A stretch of DNA of 64,000 nt from the NCBI RefSeq assembly GCF_006345805.1, contig NC_043005.1:38130001-38194000 (forward strand), in the 5' to 3' direction. The stretch's first letter is position 1, and each line of letters opens with the position of its first letter. Below the pieces are notes generated by a model. It was given only the letters and a program-made list of their open reading frames with translations, had not been told where the DNA came from and ran no database searches. Positions 1 through 11,960 of the stretch are shown piece by piece. The DNA is from Octopus sinensis (Eukaryota). The translations under genes and the position numbers were made by a program.

Positions 1-286
1 ACCCTTTTCAAGCCTAGCCAGGCTCATGGATCCGGTTTCCCGGTTTCTGTGGCGTATGTGTTCCCCCTAGCTGGACGGCATGCCAGTCCATCGCAGCATT
101 ATTCATGAAACAGGAAGAGAGAGTGAGAGAAAGTTGTGGCGAAAGAGTACAACAGGAGTCGCTAGAGCCTCATGGAGCTTTTAGGTGTTTTCGCTCAATA
201 AACACACAAAACACCCAGTCTAGGAATCGAAACTACGATCCTCCAACTGTGAGTCCGCTGCCTTAACCACTGGGCCATTGCACCTC

Positions 287-288
<2 letters not shown>
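1..288 (-). mobile_element. tRNA-derived SINE (octopus-type), 3' end cut by window edge
   Basis: Minus-strand head TGGAGGTGCAATGGCCCAGTGGTTAAGG (A box) ... GTTTCGATTCC (B box), followed by a GC-richer body; abuts (CA)n. Confidence 0.8.
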
Positions 289-321
<33 letters not shown>

Positions 322-1213
322 CATCATCATCATTATCATCCTTTAACATCCTTCTTCCATTTTGTTTTTTCTTTCTTGCATGGACCTGAGTGTATCTAGC
401 TCTAATGTCTGCTTTGGTAAGGTTCTGTGGCTGGATATCATTCCTAGAATGGCTTGGTCTACAGATGACTTGTTAATCCCTAATTCTCTCCCGAAGCTAG
501 CTGCTGATGAAGTATTTCTTGAGTGTCATCATAGTTGGTCATTTATTTACTCATTTAAAAGCCTAGAACATTAGCGTTATTATTGTCAAGGTAGGCATGT
601 CAATTGTTTGTATAGCATCACATAAACTGTTTTGTGCCTCTGGGCAGAATTGGCTACAAACTTCCTGTCTAATTAAGAAATCACTAATGATCTTACTAAG
701 TGGGTTAGCTACCTGAATAAGAGAAGATAATAAAATAGTGTCTCAGGTGTGAAGGGTTTAAGATCCTTGATCAGCGAATGTAATCTAGCATAGGACAACA
801 ATAGCATTTAACATTACTTGTCCAATAGTTTCAGCTTAACTAAGAAATTAGAAACCCATTTATCAATTATCCTACCCTACTTTCTCTTTCTCTCTCCTTA
901 TAAATGTGTGAATGTGTGTGGGGGAGAGAAAGACAGACAGACATACAGAGAGAAAGAAAGAGTAATAAATTGATAAATGACGAAGCAATTTCTGCATACA
1001 CATACACATATATGTATACGTTTTATGTGTGTATATAATATATATATATATATATATATACACATACACATACATATACACACATATTTTTATATATGCG
1101 TATGTATATATATATATATATATATACACACTTACACATACATATATATACACATACACATATTTTTATATATGCGTAGGTATATATATACATACACATA
1201 TTTTTATATATGC

Positions 1214-1250
<37 letters not shown>

Positions 1251-1776
1251 CACATGTGTAATATGTATGTGTGTATATATATATATTTGTATACAGTCCT
1301 ACATACATTCATTCACACATACACACTCTTACACATACATACATACATACACTCTAGCACATGCACACTCAACTCTATCCACCTAGCTAACTGATTATCC
1401 ATCAATCTATTTATCTATTAGTTCAGCTATTTATCAGTTGATTACAAAATCAATCAGTAATCCCACAGAATTGATCTAACAATATGGTTGACATTCCTCA
1501 ACTGATAAACTTTCAAGTTCTTGTTCCTCAAGGAATGGAATCAACCAATAATTCAGCCCTGCCATTACAGAAATTGCATGATTTAGTGGCAAGACAGGAT
1601 AAAATTCTGTCAACTGTTTAACGGTTTGGGATTCTTAACTAGACAATTTGTTGTGGTCTATCCTTAGGCAAGATATTAATTTTACTTCTTTAGAATGTAA
1701 TTCCTTAATTCAGTCTCCATTTATTATCTTCTCTGTGTGTGTATGTATACATATATAAATATTTGTGTGTGTGTGC

Positions 1777-1824
<48 letters not shown>

Positions 1825-1829
1825 TATAT

Positions 1830-2165
1830 ATTAGAAGTTTTGGAGATGATGTACAGGTATTTTATATTCGAAGAAATGAGGTACTCAGAAATTCGGATGG
1901 TTTTATATTTACAGATATTTATTTGTATATTACATGTTTTCATACATCATATAACTTATATCATATATTAGTGCTTTCATCCATTCTAGTGGAGTTTTCA
2001 AATTGAACTAATGAACTTAGTTCAATTTGAAAACTCCACTAGAATGGACGAAAGCACTAATATATGATATATGATATATGATGTATGAAAACATGTAATA
2101 TACAAATAAATATCTGTAAATATAAAACCATCCGAATTTCTGAGTACCTCATTTCTTCTAATATA
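1830..2165. repeat. Near-perfect ~145-bp-arm palindrome (foldback) in TA repeats; possibly paired inverted Penelope terminal repeats
   Basis: 1870-2011 (GAAGAAATGAGGTACTCAGAAATTCGGATGG...AATTGAACTAA) is the reverse complement of 2017-2158, with a 5-nt loop TGAAC at 2012-2016. Confidence 0.9.
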
Positions 2166-2166
2166 T

Positions 2167-2199
<33 letters not shown>

Positions 2200-2479
2200 T
2201 ATGTGTGTGTGTGTTTATATATATCTATATATTTCTAATTCTCGTACAAGAATGTTGTTGACAGTGACTTTGACTTCGAAGTTACTGTCAACAACAAATT
2301 GTAAAAATTGTAAATAATAAAATGTGAAAATCAGACTTAGTTGGAATTTCAGTGATTAATATATTCTTCCACACACAGTCATACAAACTTAGATATCTAT
2401 CTGTCTGTCTGTCTATCTATCTATCTATACATATATATATATAGACAGAGAGATAGACATATAGATATATACATATATA

Positions 2480-2856
2480 TTCTTTTATTCTTTCACTTGC
2501 TTTAGTCATATGACTGTCACCTTGAGGGGTTTTAGTCAAACAAATCGACCCCAGGACTTATTTTCTAGGCCTAGTACTTATTCTATCAGTCTCTTTTACT
2601 AAACTGCTAATTTATGGGATCATAAACACACCAACACCATTGGACAAACACAGACATAGATATATAGTCATGCATACATAGATACATATATATTTGTATA
2701 CGATGGGCTTCTTTCAGTTTCTGTCTACCAAATCCACTCATGAGGCTTTCGTCAGCCCAAGGCTATAAGAGACACTTGCCCAAGGTACCACACAATAGGA
2801 CTGAACCCAAAATCATGTGGTTGAAAAGCAAGCTTCTCACCACACAGCCACTCCTA
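2480..2856 (-). mobile_element. tRNA-derived SINE of the dominant family in this window (head plus tail module)
   Basis: Reverse complement reads GGAGTGGCTGTGTGGTGAGAAGCTTGC...GGTTCAGTCC...CCTTGGGCAAGTGTCT...GTGGATTTGGTAGACAGAAACTGAAAGAAGCCC. Homologous copies at ~3590-3712, 15270-15420, 27390-27520, 28010-28170, 43068-43200, 44355-44500, 51162-51325, 53870-54020, 61196-61340, 63165-63305. Confidence 0.85.
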
Positions 2857-3751
2857 TATATATATATATATATATATAACAAAGAGTAAAATAAATTAAT
2901 TAAGACATAATCAATAATTTCACCAAGTAGAATTCGGCATGAAAAAAAGGACCATGAGTTTACCATGAAGTATATATATATATCCAACCCATGCTAGCAT
3001 GGAAAGCGGACGTTAAACGATGATGATGATGATGATGATATACATATATATATTCACATACAGTGGAATTTCAGTTTATAAATTTAATTCACTTCTGAAG
3101 GCTGTTCATCACCTGAAATCTCACTATAAATGGGCATTATGTCCGTCTGTGTGTCTGTCTGTCTGTTCCCTCTTGACTGTCAAACGGTAATCAGAAAGGG
3201 TTTTAGCAGTAAAAAATAAGAATTTTAGCATTAAAATATCAGAAAGTATGATTATTTCGTGGATATCAATTTTTGGGTAGATAAACCCACCTTTGCATTT
3301 TTATCAAAAATTCCAACTCTGGATCTTCATCATATAGTTCATGGCCCATTGTAGATACAAAGGGAGTCGTGAGGATGGTTAACAGTGAAAATATAATGGA
3401 AAAAGTTTGTATCAGTATATAGTGTGTGTGATTATTTAGTGGTTATTGAAGTATGTCAGTCTCGGGTAGGATTTGAAATGGCTAATCGAAGCGGCTGTTG
3501 TTTACATCTCAGTTTTGTCAATCAAAATAACCCATGGTACCAGAACATCCATATATATATATATGCATACATATATATAGATATGAAATGAGCTTCTTCC
3601 AGTTTCTGTGTGCCAGATCCACCTACAAAGCTTTGGTCAGCCTGTGGGTATAGAAGGAAAGACTAATAGGACTGAAACCATATGACTGAGAGGCAAACAA
3701 CCACACAGCCATGCCTTATATGTGTGTTTGTGCGTGTGTGTGTGTGTGTGT

Positions 3752-3800
<49 letters not shown>

Positions 3801-3812
3801 ATACACATATAC

Positions 3813-4040
3813 ACAAGGGAGTGGTGCTGAAAAGTTCCTGGCTTCGGGTAGAAAAAAATACATGAGGGTCATTTGATTATGATTTTATTAAACATATTCT
3901 CCTCTCAGATTCACATGCTTTTTGCACCAGTCCATCATTTTTTTTCTAAGCCTTGTAAAAGAACTTGGAATGTTTGGCCTCCAACCAGGCCTTTCACAAT
4001 ACCCTTAAAGCCAGGAACTTTTCAGCCCCACCCCACTTCA
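3813..4040. mobile_element. mariner-derived MITE
   Basis: TIR GTGGTGCTGAAAAGTTCCTGGCTT (3821-3844) vs AAGCCAGGAACTTTTCAGCCCCAC (~4008-4031); ~220 bp, flanked by TA-rich repeats. Confidence 0.75.
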
Positions 4041-6063
4041 CATATATATATATGTACATTGTGAGAGGGAGAGACAGACAGATATGTATGTGTGTATGTA
4101 CACACAGCCACACACACACGCGTGTTTGTGATACAAAATGGAGAGTAGTTATCTAAGTCATTAACAGTCATGATGCTAACTTAATGAGAAAGTGGTACAG
4201 GTGAAATTTAAGGTTTTGGTGGAAGATTGATTGAAATTAATTTTGTAGAATATTTCAATCTATTGAAATAAATGAGATTCTCATCTCCAACGTATCAACT
4301 ATTGCATGCTAAGTAAGGAAATATTCAAAATGGCAGTGCTTAGCAATGTGACAAGGTTGGGAACAGACAGAGGAGCACACATGTGTAGTAGAAGGTGTTG
4401 ATAAAGTAATTACGTCTAATTTTCACACAATTGAATATTCCATGGTTAGCAAAATGACACAAGAGGTTTGTTGATGTTACTGTGTTTTCCTTTCAGTGTT
4501 AATGTCTTGATTTATGGAATTCTTGTGCAAGATTGACAGAGACCAAATATAAAATTTCTGAGATTAAAGTATGCAGTTTCTAAACTTGTGTTTCATTGCT
4601 GAATTATTTATATTTTGTCAGACCTGTTCTCTTCACTTTTTTTTTTCATATTCTAACCTCTCGATTTCCTTCACTGCTATAATTCCACACAGTCAAAGTA
4701 GATCTGAGATTTCCAAGCTGCATTATGACCTCACTACTATTGGTGTTATGAAAAAGCCACCCAGTACACGTTGTAAAGTGGTTGGCATTAAGAATGGCCT
4801 CTGGCCCTAAAAAAACCATTCCAAAAGAGACAAATGGACTATCATGCTATCCTTGAACTTGTTGAATCTTATCCAGGCCAGCATGGAGATTATATGATGA
4901 TGTGCATGTGTCTCCTTGTCTTGTTTTAGCATTGCATGCTAATGTAAACAAATATCTCTACCATACAAGTAGTATCATTTATTTTTTAAATCTTGTGAAA
5001 GCATGAGTCAGCCACCAGTGCTGCCCCTGTTGACAGGATTAGTGGAAATATCATCTTGCTTGGAAACAGGTGATACTTGGTGACATGAAGAGGAATCTGG
5101 CCATAAAAAAATCTGTGTTAACAAATTTCATTTGACCCATTCAGTCATGGAAAACTTGATGTTAAAATAAAAATGATGATGACAATGGCAGTGAAGGTAA
5201 TGAGGACATCACTGGCAACATGGATATAAACATATCTTTCCTGTTTTACTCTTCCCAGGCAATGCAGTCAGTTTCATTCTAATTCTGATTGGTGAAAAGT
5301 AATTAATTCTAGAATAGTGTAACATTTTCAGTAATTAGGTCTTGCTGGTGTTTGTGACTGGTGTTTTGGTGAATAGTTTTCAATGAATATGTTAGACTAA
5401 CATTCTTTTTGGTTACTTTTCTTTTTCATATATGATAGAACCGCCCAAAGTTAAACAATTACCAACTCCATTAGAATTTATTATACCTTTGAAATTTGTT
5501 TAAGAAGCCCAACATGATTGCGCAGTCCAATGACCAAAAAAAAATTTAGAAACTAAAAGTAAAAAGAAGCAATTAAAAGCTAAACCAGTTCTGAGGCCAG
5601 TTTGGTAATGTTTTATTAAAACTTTAGTTATAATTATTCACTCTGACATCATTGCCTCAGCAAGATGTAAGATTTACGATTTCTTGCCCCTGGCTTAGCT
5701 TCAGTTATGATGGATTGTGTTAAAGAATCGTGATTTTCTAAGATGAAATTCCTTGTGAACTTTCTTCATTCTTTTGTTATCAAATACATCTTTCATTTTT
5801 CATACTCATTTATCAATTATTATATTGTATTTTGCATATGTCTTCCGAAACCAATTCTGACTGGGTCTGTGAAAATTTATTGAGCTAAACTTGTTGTTGT
5901 TGTCGAGATAGGTAAACTAAAAGCATACTTAATTCTTGCTAGAAAATCAGGAACATCTTAGCATTCTGTCTCAACTCTAAATCTTAGATCCATGCTCATA
6001 TAAAATGTCATTATGTATGTGTGTATGTATGTGCTGTATGTACACACACAGAGCAAGAGAAGC

Positions 6064-6064
<1 letters not shown>

Positions 6065-6140
<76 letters not shown>
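6065..6140. repeat. (AG)n microsatellite
   Basis: Direct reading. Confidence 0.95.
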
Positions 6141-6142
<2 letters not shown>

Positions 6143-6584
6143 AGTGGTGTTATGTTGCCTTATTGAGATCGGCTGTTGTAATCTGTTTGGACACATCATG
6201 TATTCGTTTAACTTCATTTCATAGCATTATTGTGCCGAGAAAACTGAGCTCCCGGCATATTTTATTTATCACAACTGATCAATGATAAAATATATTCTGA
6301 CAATAAATCTATTGATCAGTGCATGCTTCAATGCATTTCCTTGCATAAAGAATGTGACAGGCGTGATAGATGAATGGGTAAAGGGGGGGAGGAGTGTGAA
6401 TGGTGATGCCAGGTTGATGGTGGTGCTATACGGAGGTGGCATAGGGTGTGGAGACTGTTGCGTTGTGGTAAGTTAGTGATATGCTATGGTGATACTATAG
6501 TGTTTTCAAACCATTGGTTATGAAAGGAGTGTCGGTGTTCATAATGTGTGTGTGTGTGAACATGATTATGTTCATGTATATCTA

Positions 6585-6609
6585 TTTATGTATATATATA
6601 TATATATAG

Positions 6610-6674
<65 letters not shown>

Positions 6675-6772
6675 GTGGTATGGTATAAATATGCACACAT
6701 ACACACAGACATATAGATATATTATACATACACACACATATATGTACACATACATATATAATATATACAACT

Positions 6773-6818
<46 letters not shown>

Positions 6819-6887
6819 CCTAAACATATACATACATACACATCTATATATCTATACACATATATACACCTATACATACATACATAT

Positions 6888-6970
<83 letters not shown>

Positions 6971-7165
6971 CATATATAATATATATACACACATAACTAT
7001 ATGCACATACATATTTATATGCATGCATGCTTGCATACATGCATGCATATATACATGCATGCATGCATACATACATATATATACATATGTACGTACATAC
7101 ATGCATCCATCCATACATACATACATACATACATATGTGTGTGCATATAAAATACACACACACTC
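6585..7165. repeat. Compound (TA)n/(TACA)n/(CATG)n microsatellite field
   Basis: Direct reading; similar fields at 990-1290, 17060-17410, 17720-18060, 18330-18760, 31840-32110, 37845-38740, 45900-46200. Confidence 0.95.
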
Positions 7166-7223
7166 AACCTAAAATGTTTAGATGTTTAGGTTTATTTTTT
7201 CATAAACACAGACATATATCATG

Positions 7224-7430
7224 GATGAGGGATGGTTGAAAAGTCTTGCATACAAATTCATAGCATCCGATTTGTTTGAGATATTAGGATGAAATAAAAT
7301 GAAATAAAAGGGGAGCTTAGCGTCTTACCATTCAAAATTCACCATTATTTTTCAATGCAATCACTACCTTCATCGATATTTCTCTCCTAATACCTAACAA
7401 GGTTGCATATTCCATCATGTTAGAAATCTA
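7224..7430 (-). mobile_element. mariner 3'-end remnant
   Basis: TIR-like GAGGGATGGTTGAAAAGT; minus-strand translation HDGICNLVRY*ERNIDEGSDCIEK resembles the mariner C-terminus GI..LV.RW.KCI...GDY.EK. Confidence 0.5.
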
Positions 7431-8233
7431 CTATATTTTTCTGTTCTTTCCCCCTACCAATCATTTACAGCGTTATCTTGTTTGTTAGACTCTATACTCT
7501 CTTACACTTAGCTCATGCTTTACTGCTTTGGTTAACTCAAAGTTAGAAGATCTGGGCTATAAAAAGCGAGGCATATGATATTAAATTTATTCTACAACTA
7601 TATCGGTCTTTTTGAAACATGTATCATTTTCATCTGATCTCTCAGTGACTAATGCAGCAATGTTTCATGATCCTTTGGACATATTTAACATCAAATACAT
7701 TGTTCTATTGTAAAAACTAGTCTATCTTTCACTGTATAACTGTCACAGTATCTTTATCTCTAAACCTGTGACCAACGTATACCAGTAACTATATATCAAT
7801 AACTCTCTTATTGTACCCAATGCCCCCTATACCGACTGAACATTTCTGTTCATTTTTAACATTGCTTCTAACTCCATCTCACCTACCAGCAATGATGTAG
7901 ACACCATTTATTTAAAACTTGCAACAAGCTAAACTTGCATAGGCCATTATTCACTTTTCCATCTGTTTTTCCATGCTAGCATGGGTTAGACAAGTATATT
8001 ATATTATATTGAGGCATTGTTTTATAGCGGGATGTTCTTTCTCTCATAACCCTTTTCAAGCAGAAGATCCTTTATTCTGCATGCCTTCAATTGGCTGATA
8101 TGGAGAATAGCAACAATATCATTACTTGTAACTCAGCCATTTTTGCAGAAGAACAAATGTTAATATATAGATACACACAAAAAACATGCACGCCACACAT
8201 GTACACACACACAGACACACACACACACACACA

Positions 8234-8280
<47 letters not shown>

Positions 8281-9135
8281 CACACGCACACACACACACT
8301 CGCACACACATTCACCACATCATTAGAGATGTATTTATTGAATAAAAAACTGATATAGCAGTGTGACTGAACCCTAAGTTATTTGGTTGGAAAGTGTTAT
8401 TCTCAGCCACACAACTTTGCCAGCATCATCATCATTATCATTTACGCATCAACATTCCATGCTAGCATGAATTGGATGGTTTTGAGAGGATCTGACAAGT
8501 CTGACAGAGGCCTTAATTATGCTTCAATATTTATATAGTTTTATAATATTAGGCAAGACATAGAGATCATTCTTGTCTATTTTTCTCATTGCTTTGTCAT
8601 ACTTATTAAGATACCATTGTCTTCATTTGTCATAAATATCACTGCAATAGGGTGAGATGAATCAAATTTATGATCCAGATTCAACTTCCTGTGAGTGAAA
8701 TTTTACTTTCATACTGAATATCAGTGAGAAACATAAATATCCTACCTTCGTTTTCCTTCCTGTCTATAATTTCCCTGTAATTATTTTATCTGTTGTTTAG
8801 TTTTTTTCAATTGATGGAAAACAGATATATATCTCCAAAAACACATCAAAATTCAATTTCACATTTTCTCTGAGAAAAAAAAATGCAAACATTGATATTT
8901 TTCATTTAGTTGACATTTATAGATAATGTCTGTCCATATACAGCTTTGTTTATCATTTGTGTATTCTTATTTTTCATGATGTATAATGCTTTTCTGCCCC
9001 TTCATTCCTATTTCATTGTATATAGTATGTTTGTTTATAACCATTCTGTTTGTATACAATTGTTTATCATGTACCAAAATTTTGTATAAAATATAAAGAC
9101 TGTTTAAAATATAAAGACATTTTTATAATATAGGA

Positions 9136-9200
<65 letters not shown>

Positions 9201-9202
<2 letters not shown>

Positions 9203-9410
9203 GGGAGCGAGCTGGCAGAATTGTTAGCATGCCAGGCAAAATGCTTAGCGGTATTTTGCCTGTCGCTATATTCTGAGTTCAAATTCCACTGAGGTTGGCT
9301 TTACCTTTCACCCTTTCACCCTTTTGGGGTCAATAAATTAAGTACCATTGAAACTGTAATCGACTAGTTCCCCCAAAAAAATTTCAGGCCTTGTGCCTTT
9401 AGTAGAAAGG

Positions 9411-9412
<2 letters not shown>
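9201..9412 (+). mobile_element. SINE with Nin/Deu-like central domain and (ATT)n tail
   Basis: GGCGAGCTGGCAGAA-type head, GAGTTCAAATTCC B box, CCTTTCA..CTTTTGGGGTCAATAAATTAAGTACC domain; ends GTAGAAAGG(ATT)n. Further copies at 9468-9690, 11000-11220, 11245-11460, 48058-48280 and 62330-62545(-). Confidence 0.8.
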
Positions 9413-9457
<45 letters not shown>

Positions 9458-9729
9458 GACACTGAAAAATGGCAAGCTGGTGGAATCATTTGCACATCAG
9501 ACAAAATGTTTAGCAGCATTTTGTCTGTCTTATGTTCCAAGTCCAAATTCTGCTATGGTTGGCTTTGCCTTACATCTTTTTCAGGTTGATAAAATAAGTA
9601 ACAGTCATGTACTGGGATCAATGTAATTGACTAGCCCTTGCCCTCCACCCCACCCCCCAAATTTCAGACCTCATGCTTATGATAGAAAGGATTATTATTA
9701 TTATCATTATTATTATTATCATTATTATA

Positions 9730-9773
<44 letters not shown>

Positions 9774-9839
9774 CATCATTATTATTATTATAATTATTAT
9801 TATAATAATAAGCTGGCAGAATCATTAGAATATTAGCTG

Positions 9840-10995
9840 GAAGGTATATCAGCCAAAACATGTTAACAACAAACAAGATGAGGACAAATATCCATCAATT
9901 GTAAATAATGTACACGTCTCCTCATATCTCAAGAATCTTTCTTAGGATGTTTGTAGATTCAAAATGTCACTTTTCTGCAGGCCAACAATGCAAACCTCAA
10001 TTCCAGTATTATTCAGGTTCTTAAGTAGCAGTTTAAGTGTTGTGCCAAGTTTCTGATATTTCTCAATTTCTATGGCATCCACTCTGTTATCACATGGTAT
10101 TGCAAAGTTTATGATCTTACACTGTTTGCTTTGTTTTTGTCCTTTGTAATCATATCTAATCTCATTGCTTCAATGGTATGGTCAGTCTTTAAGGAATAAT
10201 CTCATCTAATCCCCTAAAAATTATTCTCTATCACATTTCTGATTGTATTCATACCACTTTTCTTTTCTTTCAAAGCCACACTCTCAACTAACATCCAAAA
10301 TGCACTCTTTTACCTACTCTGTAATGTTTGTGTTTATACTCTTTTTCTGCTAATATACTGCATTCACTTTAGAAATGGTTAATCTTTTGTCTACTTTTTG
10401 CACAGACTCTGCATTTGCTCTCTGAGTTGTGTCAGTCTTTGCCTTTATCAAATTCATTTTAATGGCTTTTTCCAGAGTGGCCAATAATTATCAATTTAGT
10501 TTCTCATTTCAGGGGTCTATCTGTCAGCCACTACAAGCATTCTTTACTTCCAGTACCCTCAGTTATTGCATGAATTGATCATGCAATACCCTCTCTTTCT
10601 AGCCATATTCCCAATCATTCTCCCTTCTGCTCATGAAATCATTTACTGTTTCAGTATCTTTTGGGATATTTCTAGCCACCAATAATATTATTTCTTCACT
10701 ATGTATGCTCCCTTTCTTAGTAGGTAGAACCTGCCAATATTGTTTTTAGGGTGGTGTGTGTTATAATTATAAGCAGATTCTTAGTTCTTCTATCCATTTC
10801 ATGTAGCTCAGACTTTGTCTATTTTTGAAAAGGAGCAGAGTATATATACCTATATATACACTGCTTTGATAATGTTCCCTCAATTTAAGTTTGTTTCAAG
10901 CACTTTTCTCACTCTTCTCTTGAGATTTTCTCTCTCATTTCACTTTCCATTAACTTATTGTCTTGCAGCACACTTAGGTACCTGTATCCCTCTTT
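9840..10995 (-). mobile_element. Degenerate 3' half of an R4/Dong-like RLE non-LTR retrotransposon
   Basis: Minus-strand fragments HPKNNIGRFYLLRKG; WLTDRPLK*ET; SKCRVC...INHF*SECSILAEKEYKQ (zinc knuckle); TDHTIEAMRLD..CKIINFAIPCD (RLE); ILRKILEI*. Many stops and frameshifts. Confidence 0.8.
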
Positions 10996-11509
10996 ATATC
11001 TCAGCTGCCAGAATTATTGTTAGCATGCCAGATGAATTACTTAGCATCTTTACATTCTGAGTCCAAATTCTGCCTGTCACCTTTTTGTAGTCAATAAAAT
11101 AAGTACCTGTTGAATACTGGATTCAGTGTAATTAACTAGTCTCCTCCTCCAAAATTGCTAGCTTTGTGCCAAAAATTGAAACATCATTATTCTAACCTTG
11201 TGCCAAAATCAGAAAGCATAATTATCATCATTGTTGTTGTTTTTGAGGTGATGAGCTGATATAATCATTAGCAGGTTGGGCAAAATTCTTAGCAGTATTT
11301 TGTCCCTCTTTACATTCTGAGTTCAAATTCCGCCAAGGTTGACTTTGCCTTCCATTCTTTCAGGGTTGATAAATTAAGTACCAGTGAAACACTAGGGTTG
11401 ATGTAATTGACTAGTCCCTCCTACCAAATTTCAGGCCTTGTGCCTTTAGTAGAAAGGATTATTATTATTATTATTATTATTATTATCATCATCATCATCA
11501 TCATCATTA

Positions 11510-11960
11510 TTATGTACTTTTAATCTGCATGTTTGTTGCAATCACTTGCCGAGATACACCCAGCATCATAGGGCGAGTGAAGGATAAGAGCTGATAAAGT
11601 ATGACTGAAAGCTTGGGGAGGGAGTAGTAAGGGCAGTAGCAAAATATCTTCATGTAATACAACAGAGACATTTAAATGGATAGGATTTTACTAAGGATGT
11701 GGACAGTACACGTCAGCACAATCTTTTGGATTTCTCTGTGACATGGTTCTCCTGGGATGTTATTTAGATGTTTCTGATATTCCATTTTTAACGTACCTAG
11801 GGCACCTACAATAACAGGAACAGTTCTCACTTTAGGATGCCACATCTTTTGTATTTCAATTTTCAGGTCCTTATGTTTACTTAATTTGTAAAATTCCTTT
11901 ACAGACATATTTTTATCAGTGGGAACACTTACATCTATTAGTCTACAAGTATTTTATTGT
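11510..11960 (-). mobile_element. 5'-truncated R4/Dong-like element (RLE C-terminus plus 3' UTR)
   Basis: CRLIDVSVPTDKNMSVKEFYKLSKHKDLKIEIQKMW...VPVIVGALG...EIQKIVL..TVHILSKILSI* (ORF 11672-11908); flanked on both sides by (TAA)n-type repeats. Confidence 0.85.

Noticed and set aside
200-288. tRNA gene
   Set aside because: A and B boxes belong to a SINE head that continues into a SINE body; no complete cloverleaf.
872-1394. Overlapping YI/HT/VC-rich ORFs here and at 6.6-7.2, 17-18.8, 31.8-32.1, 37.8-38.8, 45.8-46.2 and 60-61 kb
   Set aside because: Translations of (TA)n/(CA)n/(TATG)n microsatellites that lack stop codons in all frames; no splice or domain evidence.
9627-9876. Poly-Y and poly-N ORFs
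   Set aside because: (ATT)n SINE tail.
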